Shown here piece by piece: positions 1-10,620 of a stretch of 64,000 bases of DNA; within the stretch, counting starts at the first letter, position 1, and each line of letters starts with the position of its first letter. The notes under the pieces are model-generated. The model was not told the DNA's origin. It did no database searches and was given only the letters and a program-made list of their open reading frames with translations. Position numbers and translations under genes: made by a program. Source of the DNA: Alphaproteobacteria bacterium (GTDB lineage Bacteria; Pseudomonadota; Alphaproteobacteria; MPNO01); assembly GCA_965248835.1 (NCBI GenBank), contig CBDFLJ010000002.1:736001-800000 (forward strand). Reading direction: 5' to 3'.

Positions 1-234
1 GTCGGCGCTCCAGCGCACCGGCATGTCCGGCACCGACGCCAGCATGGCGCCCGCGTCGCCGCGCTCGATCTCGCCCAGCCGCGCCTTGCGCCACAGCGCG
101 TTGGCGATCTCGGATGCCATCAGGCGCGGCGCATGCAGGTCGTCGCCGCCCGCCGCCAGTTCACGAGCAATGTCGGAATCGTCTTCGGCGACCAGCCACT
201 TGACCGCGACGCTGGCATCAACGACCAGCCGCAT
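1..234 (-). CDS. PIN-domain VapC-type toxin (partial, runs off the window)
   Basis: Reverse strand reads MRLVVDASVAVKWLVAED..., a typical PIN N-terminus; its ATG overlaps the antitoxin stop (TGATG). Confidence 0.85.
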   Translation of the reverse strand, partial: MRLVVDASVAVKWLVAEDDSDIARELAAGGDDLHAPRLMASEIANALWRKARLGEIERGDAGAMLASVPDMPVRWSAD

Positions 235-491
235 CAGAGAACGCGATGACCGTGGTCGCGATCTTCGCGGATCAGCACTTCTGCCGGCGTATGTGTCCTG
301 CCTTCGGTCTTTCTCCGCAGCCGATCCGACACCGCCAGGAACGTGGCGCGCCTGGCTGCCATGTCGTCTTCGGCGGCGCATTCCAGAATATGGCGCACCT
401 CGCCTTCCAGGGATCGGTTGTTCAGCGAAGCACGCCTCTTGAGACGCCTTGCCACGCCGTCGTCGAGTTGCCGCACATTGATCGTCGCCAT
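234..491 (-). CDS. FitA-like ribbon-helix-helix antitoxin
   Basis: MATINVRQLDDGVARRLKRRASLNNRSLEGEVRHIL matches the FitA/Arc pattern; coupled to the PIN gene. Confidence 0.85.
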   Translation of the reverse strand: MATINVRQLDDGVARRLKRRASLNNRSLEGEVRHILECAAEDDMAARRATFLAVSDRLRRKTEGRTHTPAEVLIREDRDHGHRVL

Positions 492-749
492 GGACTTGCC
501 CCCAATAAGTCGCTATCAAATTGTTATCATGGCGTGGCGGAACAGGCAAGCATCGGCGCGCGAAAATCGGGCTCGCATTGTCGCCCGGCCGCTTCCTGTT
601 CCGACGCCTGGAAGCCCCAACAGGTCGCGGGGCGCCGGTATCGATGCATCCTCCCGGAATCGATGTGGCGATGGAAAGGCGGGTTCTTTCGCTCGCCACG
701 GCGCCATGGCGTTGTTATAGGATGACGCGAGCACAGGCGCGGAGCATTC

Positions 750-1157
750 ATGAAGACACTGACAGTGGCGCTGATGCTCGCTTTCCTGTCCATCGCCCCG
801 GTGTTCGGCAAAGATACGGCGCCGGAAAAGCTCCGCGTCGGCGTCGATCCCGGATATCCGCCGTTCAGTCACATCGACGATGCGGGCCGTCTGAAAGGCT
901 TCGACATCGACATCGCCCTGGCGCTCTGCGCGAGGTTGGAAGCCGAGTGCGCGTTCGTCCGCCAAGATTGGGAGGGACTGATTCCCGGACTACGGGCCAA
1001 GAAGTTCGACGCCATCGTCTCCAGCATGTCGATCACCGAGAAGCGACGGCGTCTGGTCGCCTTCACGGACCGGTACTTCAGCAACATCGTGCGGTTCGTC
1101 GCGCGCAAGGGCGCGGGCTTCGCTCCGGCCGCACCGGCGGGACGGCGCTCAAAATGA
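750..1157 (+). pseudogene. Truncated amino-acid ABC substrate-binding protein (ArgT/HisJ family)
   Basis: Signal peptide, YPPFS, GFDIDIA, DWEGLIPGL and SMSITEKR motifs; only 135 aa (about half length), ending at an AT-rich patch. Confidence 0.75.
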
Positions 1158-1491
1158 GCTTACCCAGCTCGCTGGATGGAAGAGACACAAGGGGAAAATG
1201 ATGCATGCCAAATGCATGAGAAAATCTTGGACAATTGGTCTCATAGGCTTCTTGACAAGATTTTTTGGGGAGGGATAGGAGTGCCCTATGCCTGTGTCGA
1301 GATAAATGGTAGTAATGTTATCAAGAATTACTTGAGAAATGGCTGCTCGTATACAGTTAATTTTACTTGGTGCTTTGGCAAGAATTGTATTCCTCCACCG
1401 GGCGGGAGCGGTCAAACAGCCCTGGTTCGTGTATTGGCCGATCGCCCGTCCTGACGGCACAGACAGGCTAGAACAGAGGAGAAGGCAAGCA

Positions 1492-2004
1492 ATGAAATCG
1501 ACCAGCTTCGCGATTGCGTTGATCGGCATGGCGTTTGCGGCCGCGGCGTCCGGAACCGCAAGCGCAGCCGACCACGTACGAGCCAAAATGATGAATGCCG
1601 ATGGAAAGAGCGTCGGCGAGGTTGCGCTTCGGCAGACCCCGCATGGCACGCTTCTGCACGCCAAGCTCAAAAACCTCCCGGCGGGCGTTCACGCGTACCA
1701 TGTCCATGCAATCGGCAGGTGCGAGCCGCCCTTCAAGTCCGCCGGCGGTCATTTCAATCCGATGGGTAAGATGCATGGCATCCTGAGCGCCGGAGGATTG
1801 CATGTCGGCGATATGCCCAATATCGCCGTGCCGGCGTCCGGAATGCTCGAAATCGAGGTCATGAACACCCGGTTGAAGCTCGATTCCTCTTTGTTTGACG
1901 ATGACGGGGCGGCGATTGTGATCCATGCGGGGGCCGATGACTACAAGTCGGACCCGGCCGGTGCCGCCGGTCCGCGCATCGCCTGCGGGGTCATCGCCCG
2001 ATAG
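1492..2004 (+). CDS. sodC: Periplasmic Cu/Zn superoxide dismutase
   Basis: Signal peptide; HAYHVH, SAGGHFNP, HVGDMPN, IHAGADD and GPRIACG motifs. Confidence 0.93.
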   Translation: MKSTSFAIALIGMAFAAAASGTASAADHVRAKMMNADGKSVGEVALRQTPHGTLLHAKLKNLPAGVHAYHVHAIGRCEPPFKSAGGHFNPMGKMHGILSAGGLHVGDMPNIAVPASGMLEIEVMNTRLKLDSSLFDDDGAAIVIHAGADDYKSDPAGAAGPRIACGVIAR

Positions 2005-2417
2005 TGCGCCGGGGCTGGAGACGCCGCAGCGGAAGCCGGAAGGTCACGTTGAGAAACGGCGCATAGTCTCTGGCCTTGCTATCGTTGCGAGGCGGGTTCT
2101 CGGAGAAGGCCCTGCCTCGCAACTTCGGTCGCCACGCGGGCGGCGGCAGAAGAAACCGGCCCGCGATCAGCCGCAACGTCGAGACCCGGGGTGTTTTGCG
2201 CCCCCGGGACCGTGTGGGCAAGGCCGCCGACTCTGGAAGGAACGAAGCAAACCGTGCACACTCGCCCGGCGTCGAGCAACGCCTGTGCATTTTCCTAACC
2301 CCTTGGTGCAGAGAAACTATCGCCCATTCGTGCTTCCCGGTCCCATGCCCGGCCTGAAATACGCCGGGCTGGAGGCTCGGGCGATGGCGAGCAGGACGGC
2401 CCGTTGGGAGCGGCTGC

Positions 2418-3122
2418 ATGAACGAGATATTCGCGGGTCTGATCGAGGCCGCGCGGCTGGTCGCCACGCTTGATCACGATCTGACCGAGATCACGGCCCG
2501 GTCGCTGCAGGTCACCGTGACGGCGGTGGTGATCGCTTCGGCGCTCGGGATGCCGCTCGGCGCCTGGCTCGCGGTCAACCGGTTTCGCTGGCGGCGCCAT
2601 GTGATCGCCGTGTTGAACGCGCTGATGGGCCTCCCGCCGGTGGTGGTCGGGCTGATCGTCTATTTGCTCTTGAGCCGGTCCGGTCCGTTCGGGGTGTTCG
2701 GGCTCCTGTTCACGCCGACCGCGATGATCATCGCCCAGATGATCATCGTCACCCCGCTCATCGCCTCGATCGCCCACCAGGCGATCCGCGAGCTCTGGGC
2801 CGACTACCACGACCTGCTGATCTCGATACACACCACCAAGTCGCAGCGAATTCGGGCGCTCCTGTGGGACGGCCGGCGCGCCCTCCTGACCGCCGCCCTG
2901 GCGGGCTTCGGCCGCGCCATCGGCGAGGTCGGGGCGATCATGATCGTCGGCGGCAATATCGATCACGCGACCCGGGTTTTGACCACCGCCATCGCGCTCG
3001 AGACGGGCAAGGGCCATTTCGCGCTGGCGCTCGGGTTGGGGTTCGTGCTGATCGCGCTGGCGATCGCCGTCAACATGCTGATCCATGCGCTGTCGCGGAC
3101 CGAACGGGCGAGCCAATGGTAG
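2418..3122 (+). CDS. tupB: Tungstate ABC transporter permease
   Basis: MGLPPVVVGL and FGRAIGEVGAIMIVGGNI..TRVLTTAI motifs. Confidence 0.9.
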   Translation: MNEIFAGLIEAARLVATLDHDLTEITARSLQVTVTAVVIASALGMPLGAWLAVNRFRWRRHVIAVLNALMGLPPVVVGLIVYLLLSRSGPFGVFGLLFTPTAMIIAQMIIVTPLIASIAHQAIRELWADYHDLLISIHTTKSQRIRALLWDGRRALLTAALAGFGRAIGEVGAIMIVGGNIDHATRVLTTAIALETGKGHFALALGLGFVLIALAIAVNMLIHALSRTERASQW

Positions 3123-3832
3123 GCGCCATCCTCCCCCTCCGCCTCGAGGCGGCCGAGCTGCGGCGCGGCGGCAAACGGCTGGTCGGTCCGGTCGATCTCG
3201 AGATCGGCGCCGACGGCGTTACCATGGTGATCGGGCCCAACGGCGCCGGGAAGACATCGCTGCTGCGGCTGATGCACGGGCTTGACCGCGCCGCCACGGG
3301 CCGGGTGAGCTGGGCCGTGCCGGAGACCGAGGTGCGCAGGCGCCAAGCCTATGTCTTTCAGAACCCGATCGTGATGCGCCGCCGGGTCGTCGACAACATC
3401 GCTTACCCGCTCCTCGTCCACGGCATCCCGCGCGCCGAGGCGCGCAGACGGGCATCCGACTGGGCGGCGAGGATCGGCCTCGGCGCGGCGCTCGACAGGC
3501 AGGCCTCATCCCTGTCCGGCGGCGAAAAGCAGAAGCTCGCCCTGGCGAGGGCGTTGATCCGTGAGCCCGACATCGTGTTTCTGGATGAGCCTTGCGCCAA
3601 CCTCGACGGCCGCGCCACGCGCGAGATCGAAGCGATCCTGGAGGCGGCCGGCGCCGCCGGCACACGGATCGTCATGGCAACCCACGACATGGGGCAGGCG
3701 CGGCGCCTGGCCACCGAGGTCGTGTTTCTTCTGCAGGGCCGCGTGCACGAAGTCGGATCCGGCGGCGGCTCCGTGGACCGGCTCGCGACGCCGGAGGCAA
3801 GGGCATTTCTGCGCGGCGATATCATCGAATGA
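3116..3832 (+). CDS. tupC: Tungstate ABC transporter ATP-binding protein
   Basis: Walker A GPNGAGKT, signature LSGGEKQ, Walker B FLDEP; lies between tupB and tupA. Confidence 0.88.
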   Translation: MVGAILPLRLEAAELRRGGKRLVGPVDLEIGADGVTMVIGPNGAGKTSLLRLMHGLDRAATGRVSWAVPETEVRRRQAYVFQNPIVMRRRVVDNIAYPLLVHGIPRAEARRRASDWAARIGLGAALDRQASSLSGGEKQKLALARALIREPDIVFLDEPCANLDGRATREIEAILEAAGAAGTRIVMATHDMGQARRLATEVVFLLQGRVHEVGSGGGSVDRLATPEARAFLRGDIIE

Positions 3833-4638
3833 GACGACGCGGAATCATTGCCTTCGCCACCGTGCTGCTCGCCGCCTTCGGGGCCCACGCGGACACGATG
3901 CGGATGGCGGTCACCACGTCGTTTCACAACTCGGGCCTGTCCGACATTCTGCTGCCTGCGATCAAACGGGATCTGGGGCTCGAAGTGCAGCTTCTCGTGG
4001 TCGGCACGGGCCAGGCGCTGCGGCTCGGCCGCGCCGGCGACGTCGATGCCGTCCTGGTCCATTCCCGGGCCGCCGAAGAAGCCTTCGTCGCCGCCGGGTT
4101 CGCGAGCCGCAGGCGCGAGATCATGTACAACGATTTCGTGCTGATCGGCCCGGCCGACGACCCGGCAGGTATCGCCGCCGCCGCCAGCGCGGCCGAAGCG
4201 CTGACCCTGATCTCCAGGCTCGAGGCGCCGTTCGTCAGTCGGGGCGACGACAGCGGCACCCACAAGAAGGAGCTGTCGCTGTGGCGCGCGGCGGGGCGGA
4301 ATCCCGAAAGCTTCGGTGCCTGGTACCTCTCGGTCGGCGCCGGCATGGGGGCCACGCTCAACACGGCGCGGGCGATGAACGCCTATCTGATGTCGGATCA
4401 TGCGAGTTGGCTCAAATTCGGCGCCAAAGGCGATTTGAAATTGCTCTATTCGGGCGACCCGGCGCTGTTCAACCAATACGCCTATCTGCCGGTGAACCCC
4501 GAAAAACACGTCCATGTCAGGGCCGTGCTCGCCGCGCGGCTCGAAAACTGGCTGGTCAGCGAGACAGCACGGGCGCTGATCGACGGCTATACGGTCGGCG
4601 GCCAAAGGCTCTTCACCCATAACGCGGGCGCGCATTAG
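3829..4638 (+). CDS. tupA: Tungstate ABC substrate-binding protein
   Basis: TTS motif (VTTSFHNSGL), GTGQAL and SRGDDSGTH motifs. Confidence 0.9.
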   Translation: MRRRGIIAFATVLLAAFGAHADTMRMAVTTSFHNSGLSDILLPAIKRDLGLEVQLLVVGTGQALRLGRAGDVDAVLVHSRAAEEAFVAAGFASRRREIMYNDFVLIGPADDPAGIAAAASAAEALTLISRLEAPFVSRGDDSGTHKKELSLWRAAGRNPESFGAWYLSVGAGMGATLNTARAMNAYLMSDHASWLKFGAKGDLKLLYSGDPALFNQYAYLPVNPEKHVHVRAVLAARLENWLVSETARALIDGYTVGGQRLFTHNAGAH

Positions 4639-4786
4639 ATCTCTCGGCCCTTGCCGATCTCCGTCCCGGCCCGTCCTCGCAAGCCCGGGACAAACCGACA
4701 ATGGGACCGCGCCGCGTGATCGCGAGACCGCATCGGTTTGAGTCGGCAAATTCCGGAGCCGGCGCCGGCCGTGCTCCGGGTCTGGG

Positions 4787-5278
4787 TCAGTGTAGGTCGT
4801 CGAGATCCGCGTGGATGGCGAACTGCTCCAGCCCGGCATCCTGGGCCTCGATGGAGCGAAAGCTCTCCTTCGCCCCGGCCTCGGTGAGCTCGCGCGAGAC
4901 CGTCAACAACGTGTTCGGCGCGTGATCCTCGCAGAGCTCGGCCATCTGGGTCATTTCCTCGCGGGCCACGCCGAGCGCCACCTCGACCGATGGCGCACCG
5001 TAGATTTCCACGAAGTGCTCGGCGAGCCCGTTGGCCAGCGCATCGAATTCACTCTGCTGGATCTGGGTGACGGCGACGAAGGTCACACGCCCGAAGGTCT
5101 CGACGCCCAGCCAGCCGTTGGCGAACGCTTGGCGCGCCTTCCCGGTCAAGTCGGCCTCGCTCCAGTTGGAGAACTCGAAACCGCCGGCGATGCACCATTC
5201 GCCGGTTCGCGCCGGGCTGTAGAAGACGCGCATGTCGCTTTCGTCGAAATGGATCGCCCGAGCCAATTTCATCGTCAT
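4787..5278 (-). CDS. FDH-cluster conserved protein (DUF6505-like)
   Basis: KLARAIHFDESD...GEWCIAGGFEF...AFANGWLG; conserved position in this cluster type. Confidence 0.7.
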   Translation of the reverse strand: MTMKLARAIHFDESDMRVFYSPARTGEWCIAGGFEFSNWSEADLTGKARQAFANGWLGVETFGRVTFVAVTQIQQSEFDALANGLAEHFVEIYGAPSVEVALGVAREEMTQMAELCEDHAPNTLLTVSRELTEAGAKESFRSIEAQDAGLEQFAIHADLDDLH

Positions 5279-6006
5279 CCCCTCTTCACCAAATCGCTCA
5301 ACGGCACCAGCCGTGTGTCTTCGCCCTGCCGGAGAAGCATGCCGAAGCGTTCGTCGATCCCGACAAAGGTACCGTTCAGGCGCCCGTTCGGGTGGTCCAA
5401 GGCGATCTCCTCGCCCATGTCATGGGCCAATCCGCGCCATTCCGCGTGCAGCGGCCGCGGCCCCTCTTCGGACCAGCGGTTGATCCAGACGAGGGTGTGA
5501 CGCGTCCAGCTTTCCAGAAGACGCGGCGGCGAGACATCGACGCAGCCCTCCTCGAAAAGCGATGTCTGGTCCGGCGTAGCGCCGGGGGCATCGGGGTCTT
5601 CCGGGATCAGCGGCACCTCGAGGCCGACGACCAGCCAATCGGGCTCGGCCTTCGGATCGGACGTGGCCGCGGCGACGCGCAGATGCCCGCACGCTGCCCC
5701 GTTGACCAGAATGCCGCCGTCCCAGGTCAGATAGACGCCCACCTCGGGCGGGGCCAGCGCCCCGAGCGCATTCTGGAACCCGATCCCGCAGGCCGGCAGC
5801 ATGGCCATTGCGTCCTCCAACGGAACCTCGGGGGCGAAGACGATGGCCGCCGCGAGCCGGTCGAAGCGTATGTTGTAGACGATCAAACCGGCATCGCAGC
5901 CGAGCGCCGCCTGGGCGCAGGCCTTGCCGAAGGGGTCGATCCCGTCGTCGACCGTCTGGCCGTGGAAGAGCGGCGGAAAACTCAGCCTGTCCTCGCCGGT
6001 GCTCAC
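5275..6006 (-). CDS. Biotin/lipoate ligase-like protein (DUF4444-like)
   Basis: PPLFHG...AALGCDAG...FAPEVPL...GIDERFGMLL. Confidence 0.75.
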   Translation of the reverse strand: MSTGEDRLSFPPLFHGQTVDDGIDPFGKACAQAALGCDAGLIVYNIRFDRLAAAIVFAPEVPLEDAMAMLPACGIGFQNALGALAPPEVGVYLTWDGGILVNGAACGHLRVAAATSDPKAEPDWLVVGLEVPLIPEDPDAPGATPDQTSLFEEGCVDVSPPRLLESWTRHTLVWINRWSEEGPRPLHAEWRGLAHDMGEEIALDHPNGRLNGTFVGIDERFGMLLRQGEDTRLVPLSDLVKRG

Positions 6007-7070
6007 GCCTTCCCGTCCTCGATCAGCGTCCGAGCGAGTGTGCGGAATGCCTCGGCCCGAGGCGAGGAGGGCTTGGAGACGACGATCGGCGCGCCGCCGT
6101 CGGAGGTCAGTCGAATGTCTATATCCAGCGGGATCTCCGCCAGCAACGGCAAGCCCAGCTTTTCGGCGGCTGCCCGAACACCGCCGTGGCCGAACACATG
6201 CTCTTCATGACCGCAATTCGCGCAAACATAGCGCGACATGTTCTCGATCATCCCGAGGATCGGCGTCGACATCTTCCTGAACATGTCCACACCCTTGCGC
6301 GCGTCTATAAGCGCCACGTCCTGCGGGGTGGAAACGATAATCACGCCGGTGACCTCGGCCGTCTGCGTCAGGGTCATTTGCACATCGCCCGTGCCCGGCG
6401 GCAGGTCCACCACGAGGACATCGAGCGCGCCCCATTGCACCTGGCTCATCATCTGCTGGAGCGCGCCCATCAGCATCGGCCCGCGCCAGACGACCGCTTC
6501 GTCCTCCCGGGTCATCAGACCGATCGACATCATGGTGATGCCGTGGTTGCGCATCGGGAGGATCGTCTTGCCGTCGGGCGAGGCCGGCCGGCCGGAAACG
6601 CCGAGCATGCGGGGCTGGGAAGGTCCGTAAACGTCGGCGTCGAGCAGCCCGACGCGGCGGCCCTCCGCGGCCAGCGCCGCGGCGAGGTTGGCCGCGATCG
6701 TGGATTTCCCGACCCCGCCCTTTCCCGATGCGACGGCGATGATGCGCTCGACGCCCGGTATCTTCTGCGGCCCCTGCGGCTCGGCCCGGCGGCCGATATT
6801 CAACTCCGGCAGCGGCGGCGGCGCCCGGTGCGCGGTCATGACGGCCGAGACCGCCTCCACACCGGCCAGCGCGCGGACGGCGACCTCGGCCTCGGCGCGC
6901 GCCGCCTCCATGGTGTCGGCCCGCGACGGATCAATCTCGAGGACGAAGCGCACCGTACTGCCGTCCACGGTAAGGGCCCGTATCAGCCCGGCGGACACCA
7001 GGTCCTGACCGCTGATCGGATCGGTGACGCCCTTCAGAGCCGCCAGCACATCCTCGCGCGCGGCCTTCAT
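6003..7070 (-). CDS. apbC: Mrp/ApbC Fe-S cluster carrier ATPase
   Basis: ASGKGGVGKST, DADVYGPS, DLPPGTGD and ENMS..CxxC motifs. Confidence 0.92.
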   Translation of the reverse strand: MKAAREDVLAALKGVTDPISGQDLVSAGLIRALTVDGSTVRFVLEIDPSRADTMEAARAEAEVAVRALAGVEAVSAVMTAHRAPPPLPELNIGRRAEPQGPQKIPGVERIIAVASGKGGVGKSTIAANLAAALAAEGRRVGLLDADVYGPSQPRMLGVSGRPASPDGKTILPMRNHGITMMSIGLMTREDEAVVWRGPMLMGALQQMMSQVQWGALDVLVVDLPPGTGDVQMTLTQTAEVTGVIIVSTPQDVALIDARKGVDMFRKMSTPILGMIENMSRYVCANCGHEEHVFGHGGVRAAAEKLGLPLLAEIPLDIDIRLTSDGGAPIVVSKPSSPRAEAFRTLARTLIEDGKA

Positions 7071-7279
7071 TCGCCCCTGCCGCTGATCCGGCCTTCGACC
7101 GTGTGCGCGAGCCCCAGCTCGTCGATCGTCAGCACCATCCGTGCGGTATAGGTCTTGCCGGCGGTGTCGCCCGGCCCGGCCCCGCGCATCGCGTCTTCGA
7201 TCGCCTGCTGGGAGGTCACGCCCACTTGCTTGAGAAACTTGCGCATCGTCATGTTGAAATCGTCATAGCTGTCGCTCAT
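7067..7279 (-). CDS. Small conserved protein (DUF6494-like)
   Basis: FNMTMRKFLKQVGVTSQQAIE motif; overlaps the apbC start. Confidence 0.75.
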   Translation of the reverse strand: MSDSYDDFNMTMRKFLKQVGVTSQQAIEDAMRGAGPGDTAGKTYTARMVLTIDELGLAHTVEGRISGRGE

Positions 7280-7464
7280 GGTCGTCCTTTCGCTTCATTC
7301 TTCGGGGTTGACGCCCAAACATCACCCTGCCTGGTCTTTGGCCGAACTCGAAATCCTCGGTTGTCGATGTCACGGTGGCATGCGATTAAATGGATTTTAG
7401 CCTAGTTTCGCCGCAAAGTCCGCGGGGCTTCGCGGCCGAAGCTGCGGGAGGAGGAGGATCGCCG

Positions 7465-8271
7465 ATGCTGGCCTGGTCGAGGGGCGGGCTGACCGCGCTC
7501 TGCACCGCTTTCTGCACCGCGTTCTGCATTGTGTTGCTCGCCCAGATGGCGGGGGCCGAAGAGCGCCGTATCACGCTTGCGGCCAGCCCCGATCTGGCGG
7601 CAAGCGGGCTTCTGAAACACCTCCTGCCGAGATTTTCCCTGAAGACCGGCGTGCGGGTCGCGGTGGTCGAGCTGGCGCAAGGGGTTGCCGCGGACGTCCT
7701 GCTCGGGCCGGCAGGCGCGGTGAGGGAAGGGCGTCCGGCGCTGCGCGCCAAGGACACGCTCTATCTGTGCCGCATCACCCCGACCGACACCGGCGCCGGG
7801 CGCGCGAAATACACCGAGCGCTTCGTCGCGTGGTTGCTCTCGGAGGTGGGCCAACGGACGATCGAATCCTTCAAGCCGAACGGGGTGCAGGTCTTTCACG
7901 CCGCCGCCCGTGCAGCGGGCCGGCCGGACCGACCTCCGCCCGTCGGCGATGTGCTCGCGGGCGAACGGCTGTCGCTGGCCCATTGCGGCCGCTGCCACGT
8001 GATCGGACCTCGGAACCGCATGGAGGGTCTCGGCTCGACGCCTTCGTTCGGCGTCCTCAAGACGCTGAACAACTGGGAGGCAAGATTTCGCGGCTTCTAT
8101 CTGCTCAATCCGCACCCTTCCTTCACCCAAATCGCTGATGTTACGGATCCGTTCGACGAAACCCGGCCACCGCCCATCGTACCACTGCGGCTTACGCTCG
8201 AGGATCTGGACGCGATCCTCGCTTATGTCGCGACGATCAAACCGGCGGAACTTCGGCGGTCGAAGCGGTAG
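7465..8271 (+). CDS. Exported protein with a PBP-like N-domain and c-type cytochrome
   Basis: SGLLKHLLPRFSLKTG N-domain; CGRCH haem motif; start codon uncertain. Confidence 0.7.
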   Translation: MLAWSRGGLTALCTAFCTAFCIVLLAQMAGAEERRITLAASPDLAASGLLKHLLPRFSLKTGVRVAVVELAQGVAADVLLGPAGAVREGRPALRAKDTLYLCRITPTDTGAGRAKYTERFVAWLLSEVGQRTIESFKPNGVQVFHAAARAAGRPDRPPPVGDVLAGERLSLAHCGRCHVIGPRNRMEGLGSTPSFGVLKTLNNWEARFRGFYLLNPHPSFTQIADVTDPFDETRPPPIVPLRLTLEDLDAILAYVATIKPAELRRSKR

Positions 8272-8335
8272 CCGGGGGGCGCGGCGCCGGTCGATATGAG
8301 CACGGGGCGAGGCGGGAAAGGGCGGGGCAGCCCCC

Positions 8336-10297
8336 TCAATGATCGCGGCGCTTGGAGAAATAGTCGTCGCTGGTCCTGACCCGCGGTCTTTCGCCGCCAG
8401 CAAACGGGTTGTTCTCCGAATGATATTGGGCAGCGATCCGGCAGTCGTCGCACATCCGGATCATGCGCGACGCTCCCTCGCTGGCGAACATGGAATGCTT
8501 GCCCGCCAATTGCGCGGCAATTTTCTCGACCGTCGACTTCACACCGAAAGGCTTGCCGCATTCGATGCATTCATAGGGCTCTTCCTCGTTGAGAACCTTC
8601 TGCTCGAAGACCGCGTCCGAAAGGTCGAATTGCGGCTGAAGCGTGACCGCGTTTTCGGGGCAAACCTGCTTGCATAGCCCGCATTGCAGGCAGGCATCCT
8701 CCTGAAACCGGAGCTGCGGCATTTCCGGGTTGTCGGCCAACGCCCCCGACGGGCAGAGCGACACGCAGGCAAGACAGAGCGTGCACGCCTTGACATCCAC
8801 CGCGATGGCGCCGTAGGGCGCGCGGGCAGGGAGCGCCAATATGGCCGCGCTTTCCGGGTTCAGCGTCTTTGCGGCAAGCCGCGCCGCCTGTCGGCGGGAC
8901 CCGAGGGGCAGCACCGGATCCGCCGTCGGCGGGTCGACGGAAGCGCCATAGAGCGCCTCGTCGAGGGCGTCGGGATCGCCGAGATCGAGGAGGCGTAAAC
9001 GCTCCTGTCCTCCCATCGCCTCGGCCAGCGCCAGCTCTCCGCTCAGCACGTCGCGCTCGGATTTGGGCGACAGAAGAATGTCGACGCCGGCAAAGCCGCT
9101 CGCCAACGCCACCAGCATCTCCGCGTGACCGAAATGCGAGATCATTTCCAGCTCGAGCGGGATGACGTCCGCTGGCAGGCCGCGGCCGAATCGGGCAAAC
9201 AACGCCACCATTTCGACACCGAAGCCGGTGTCGACGACCAGAAGGCGGGGGGCTTTCCCGCCCGCCTTGCGGTAGGCGTTCGCCAGCGTTTCGATCCGTC
9301 GGAACAGGGCCGCCGTCGGCGGCGCATCGTAGGATATTGCACCCGAAGGGCAGAGCGCCGAACAAGCCCCGCATCCGGCGCAGACCATCGGATCGATCGC
9401 CACGTGGTCGCCGGCCGGTGCGATGGCTCCGGTCGGGCACGCATCCAGACATTTGGAGCAACCCGTCTGTCCCGCTCTCGAATGCGCGCACAGCGTCTCT
9501 TCGAGCCGCACATAGAGCGGCTTCTCGAACGTTCCGACCAGCTGACCCGCCTCGAAGACCGCGGCCGCCACCTTGATCGGGTCGCCTGGGTCAACCCGCA
9601 AATACCCTTCGCGCTTGTCGGGGGCCGAAAAGAGCGGCTGATTGCCGGACAGATCGAGGATCAGATCGCATTCCGAGACGGCCCCGTCGCGCGGCGCGGA
9701 AAGCGCGAATCCGCCGCGCCCTCCCGGTTCGATCTGACGCAGGCCATCGATGTGCAGCCGGAAGCCGCCGAGCGCTCCGGAGGCCTGCTTCAACTGCCCG
9801 GCGATCACTTCAAACCCGCGGTCGAGCGGAAGATCCTCGGCCGCATCCGACAACAGCACGGTGACGGCCAGGGGACCGGCGAGTCGCTCGGCGGCCGGCA
9901 GCGCAACCGCGGATCTGCCGATGATCAGACAGCGGCCCTCGGACGTCACATCGACGGTCCGTGTCGCTGCCGGCGGCAGGAGCGCTTCGGCAACCAGCGC
10001 CGCCTGTTTCGGGCCGGCCTCTGCGGCCTCATCCGACCATCCCGCCCGGTCGCGAAGGTCGACGAAACCGGGCATCGGGGCGCCGATATCCTCGGCGAGC
10101 TCTTCGAAACGGGGTCTTTCCTGTTGACAGGCGATAATCGCCTCGCCTTCGGCGATCGCCTTTGCCGCATCGTCGATCTCGGTCGTACACAGCGCGCTGT
10201 GGATCCGCGAGCAAACCACATCGACATCGGCCTCGATGCTGGCGCGATCGAGCGCCTGGCTCTTAAGGCAATCGCAGAGAATGAGCGTCTTGACCAA
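8336..10297 (-). CDS. Multi-[4Fe-4S] ferredoxin-domain protein of the FDH cluster
   Basis: Several CxxCxxCxxxCP motifs; TTG start placed after a GGAGG RBS. Confidence 0.88.
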   Translation of the reverse strand: MVKTLILCDCLKSQALDRASIEADVDVVCSRIHSALCTTEIDDAAKAIAEGEAIIACQQERPRFEELAEDIGAPMPGFVDLRDRAGWSDEAAEAGPKQAALVAEALLPPAATRTVDVTSEGRCLIIGRSAVALPAAERLAGPLAVTVLLSDAAEDLPLDRGFEVIAGQLKQASGALGGFRLHIDGLRQIEPGGRGGFALSAPRDGAVSECDLILDLSGNQPLFSAPDKREGYLRVDPGDPIKVAAAVFEAGQLVGTFEKPLYVRLEETLCAHSRAGQTGCSKCLDACPTGAIAPAGDHVAIDPMVCAGCGACSALCPSGAISYDAPPTAALFRRIETLANAYRKAGGKAPRLLVVDTGFGVEMVALFARFGRGLPADVIPLELEMISHFGHAEMLVALASGFAGVDILLSPKSERDVLSGELALAEAMGGQERLRLLDLGDPDALDEALYGASVDPPTADPVLPLGSRRQAARLAAKTLNPESAAILALPARAPYGAIAVDVKACTLCLACVSLCPSGALADNPEMPQLRFQEDACLQCGLCKQVCPENAVTLQPQFDLSDAVFEQKVLNEEEPYECIECGKPFGVKSTVEKIAAQLAGKHSMFASEGASRMIRMCDDCRIAAQYHSENNPFAGGERPRVRTSDDYFSKRRDH

Positions 10298-10620
10298 CTC
10301 TTCCTCCCGGGCTCGGGGGCCATTTTCGGGTGCATTCGGCGTGCCGCCGCGCAGCACCACGCGCGCCTCCTCGCGAGGGCGAGGCCGGCGAGCCATGTGA
10401 TGGATGTCGGCACCCGGCTGCAAAGCTCCGAGGCGCAGCCTATGCCTCCACGGAGGCGCGTGGCAAGGCGCTTGCGCTACCCCCGGCCGATGGCGGAGGG
10501 GCGTGGCAGGTTTCACCGCCGGTTATTTCCGTTTGGCGATCGGCCGGAACTCGGACCATAATTCGCGGAGACCCTATCTATCGGGAGCGAGGCTTGTCCC
10601 AGCAAAAAGCGCCGCCGGTC

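Noticed and set aside
2005-2417. Moco/Tuco riboswitch or ModE box upstream of tupB
   Set aside because: GC-rich hairpins are possible but I could not match the consensus; an Rfam covariance search is needed.
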